From positions 33,301,051-33,365,050 of the forward strand of contig JASCQW010000160.1 of NCBI GenBank assembly GCA_030264375.1: 64,000 nucleotides of DNA, in the 5' to 3' direction. The notes beneath the pieces were generated by a model. The model made no database searches. It was not told the DNA's origin and saw nothing but the letters and a program-made list of their open reading frames with translations. The translations under genes and the position numbers were made by a program. Positions 63,826-64,000 of this stretch are shown here, one piece after another. The stretch comes from Carcharhinus longimanus (lineage: Eukaryota). Positions within the stretch are counted from its first letter, which is position 1. Every line of letters starts with the position of its first letter.

Positions 63826-64000
63826 CTGTCAATTTACATAACGTGACACACAAATTAGCAGAAATACCTGTGAAACAATGTAGTATCAGCCCAGATCAGT
63901 GTTAGCAGATCACCAAAATAGAAGCTAACAATTTTAGATTTTTACAACCAGTAGTTGAACGCATTAATTAATGCAGAAATTGAGGTGAAGGGTCAAAGCC

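Noticed and set aside
1-64000. CRISPR arrays, operons or other prokaryote-type systems
   Set aside because: The sequence is spliced vertebrate DNA; the repeats are dispersed transposons, not regularly spaced repeat-spacer arrays

Overview
Vertebrate genomic DNA, almost certainly from an elasmobranch (shark/ray), judging by the dense HE1/V-SINE-type and Deu-domain SINEs, CR1-type LINEs and a gapped draft assembly. Two spliced genes lie on the minus strand. The first is the 3' part of KMT2A/MLL1: 12 coding exons between 63825 and 34208, all GT-AG and phase-consistent, about 2024 codons. They encode the FYRN end, both Taspase-1 sites, the KIX-binding transactivation motif, FYRC, the WIN motif and SET/post-SET, followed by a probable ~7.4 kb 3'UTR. 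The second is a complete 3-exon TTC36 (190 aa), in the same order and orientation as the human KMT2A-TTC36 block. The rest is mostly mobile DNA: about 22 tRNA-derived SINEs with two alternative tails, CR1, Rex1 and Penelope fragments, GGG-ended MITEs, three copies of a solo-LTR family, and a decayed Ty3/Gypsy provirus inside TTC36 intron 2. Three observations stand out: (1) a ~310 bp polyA-tailed retroposon with a U2 snRNA-derived head; (2) a C-x2-C-x14-H-x3-C zinc-finger motif in the large KMT2A exon that I do not recall in the human protein; (3) a Leu at the SET position equivalent to human Q3867. All comparisons to known sequences are from memory and need alignment. Repeat boundaries are approximate unless junction bases are quoted.
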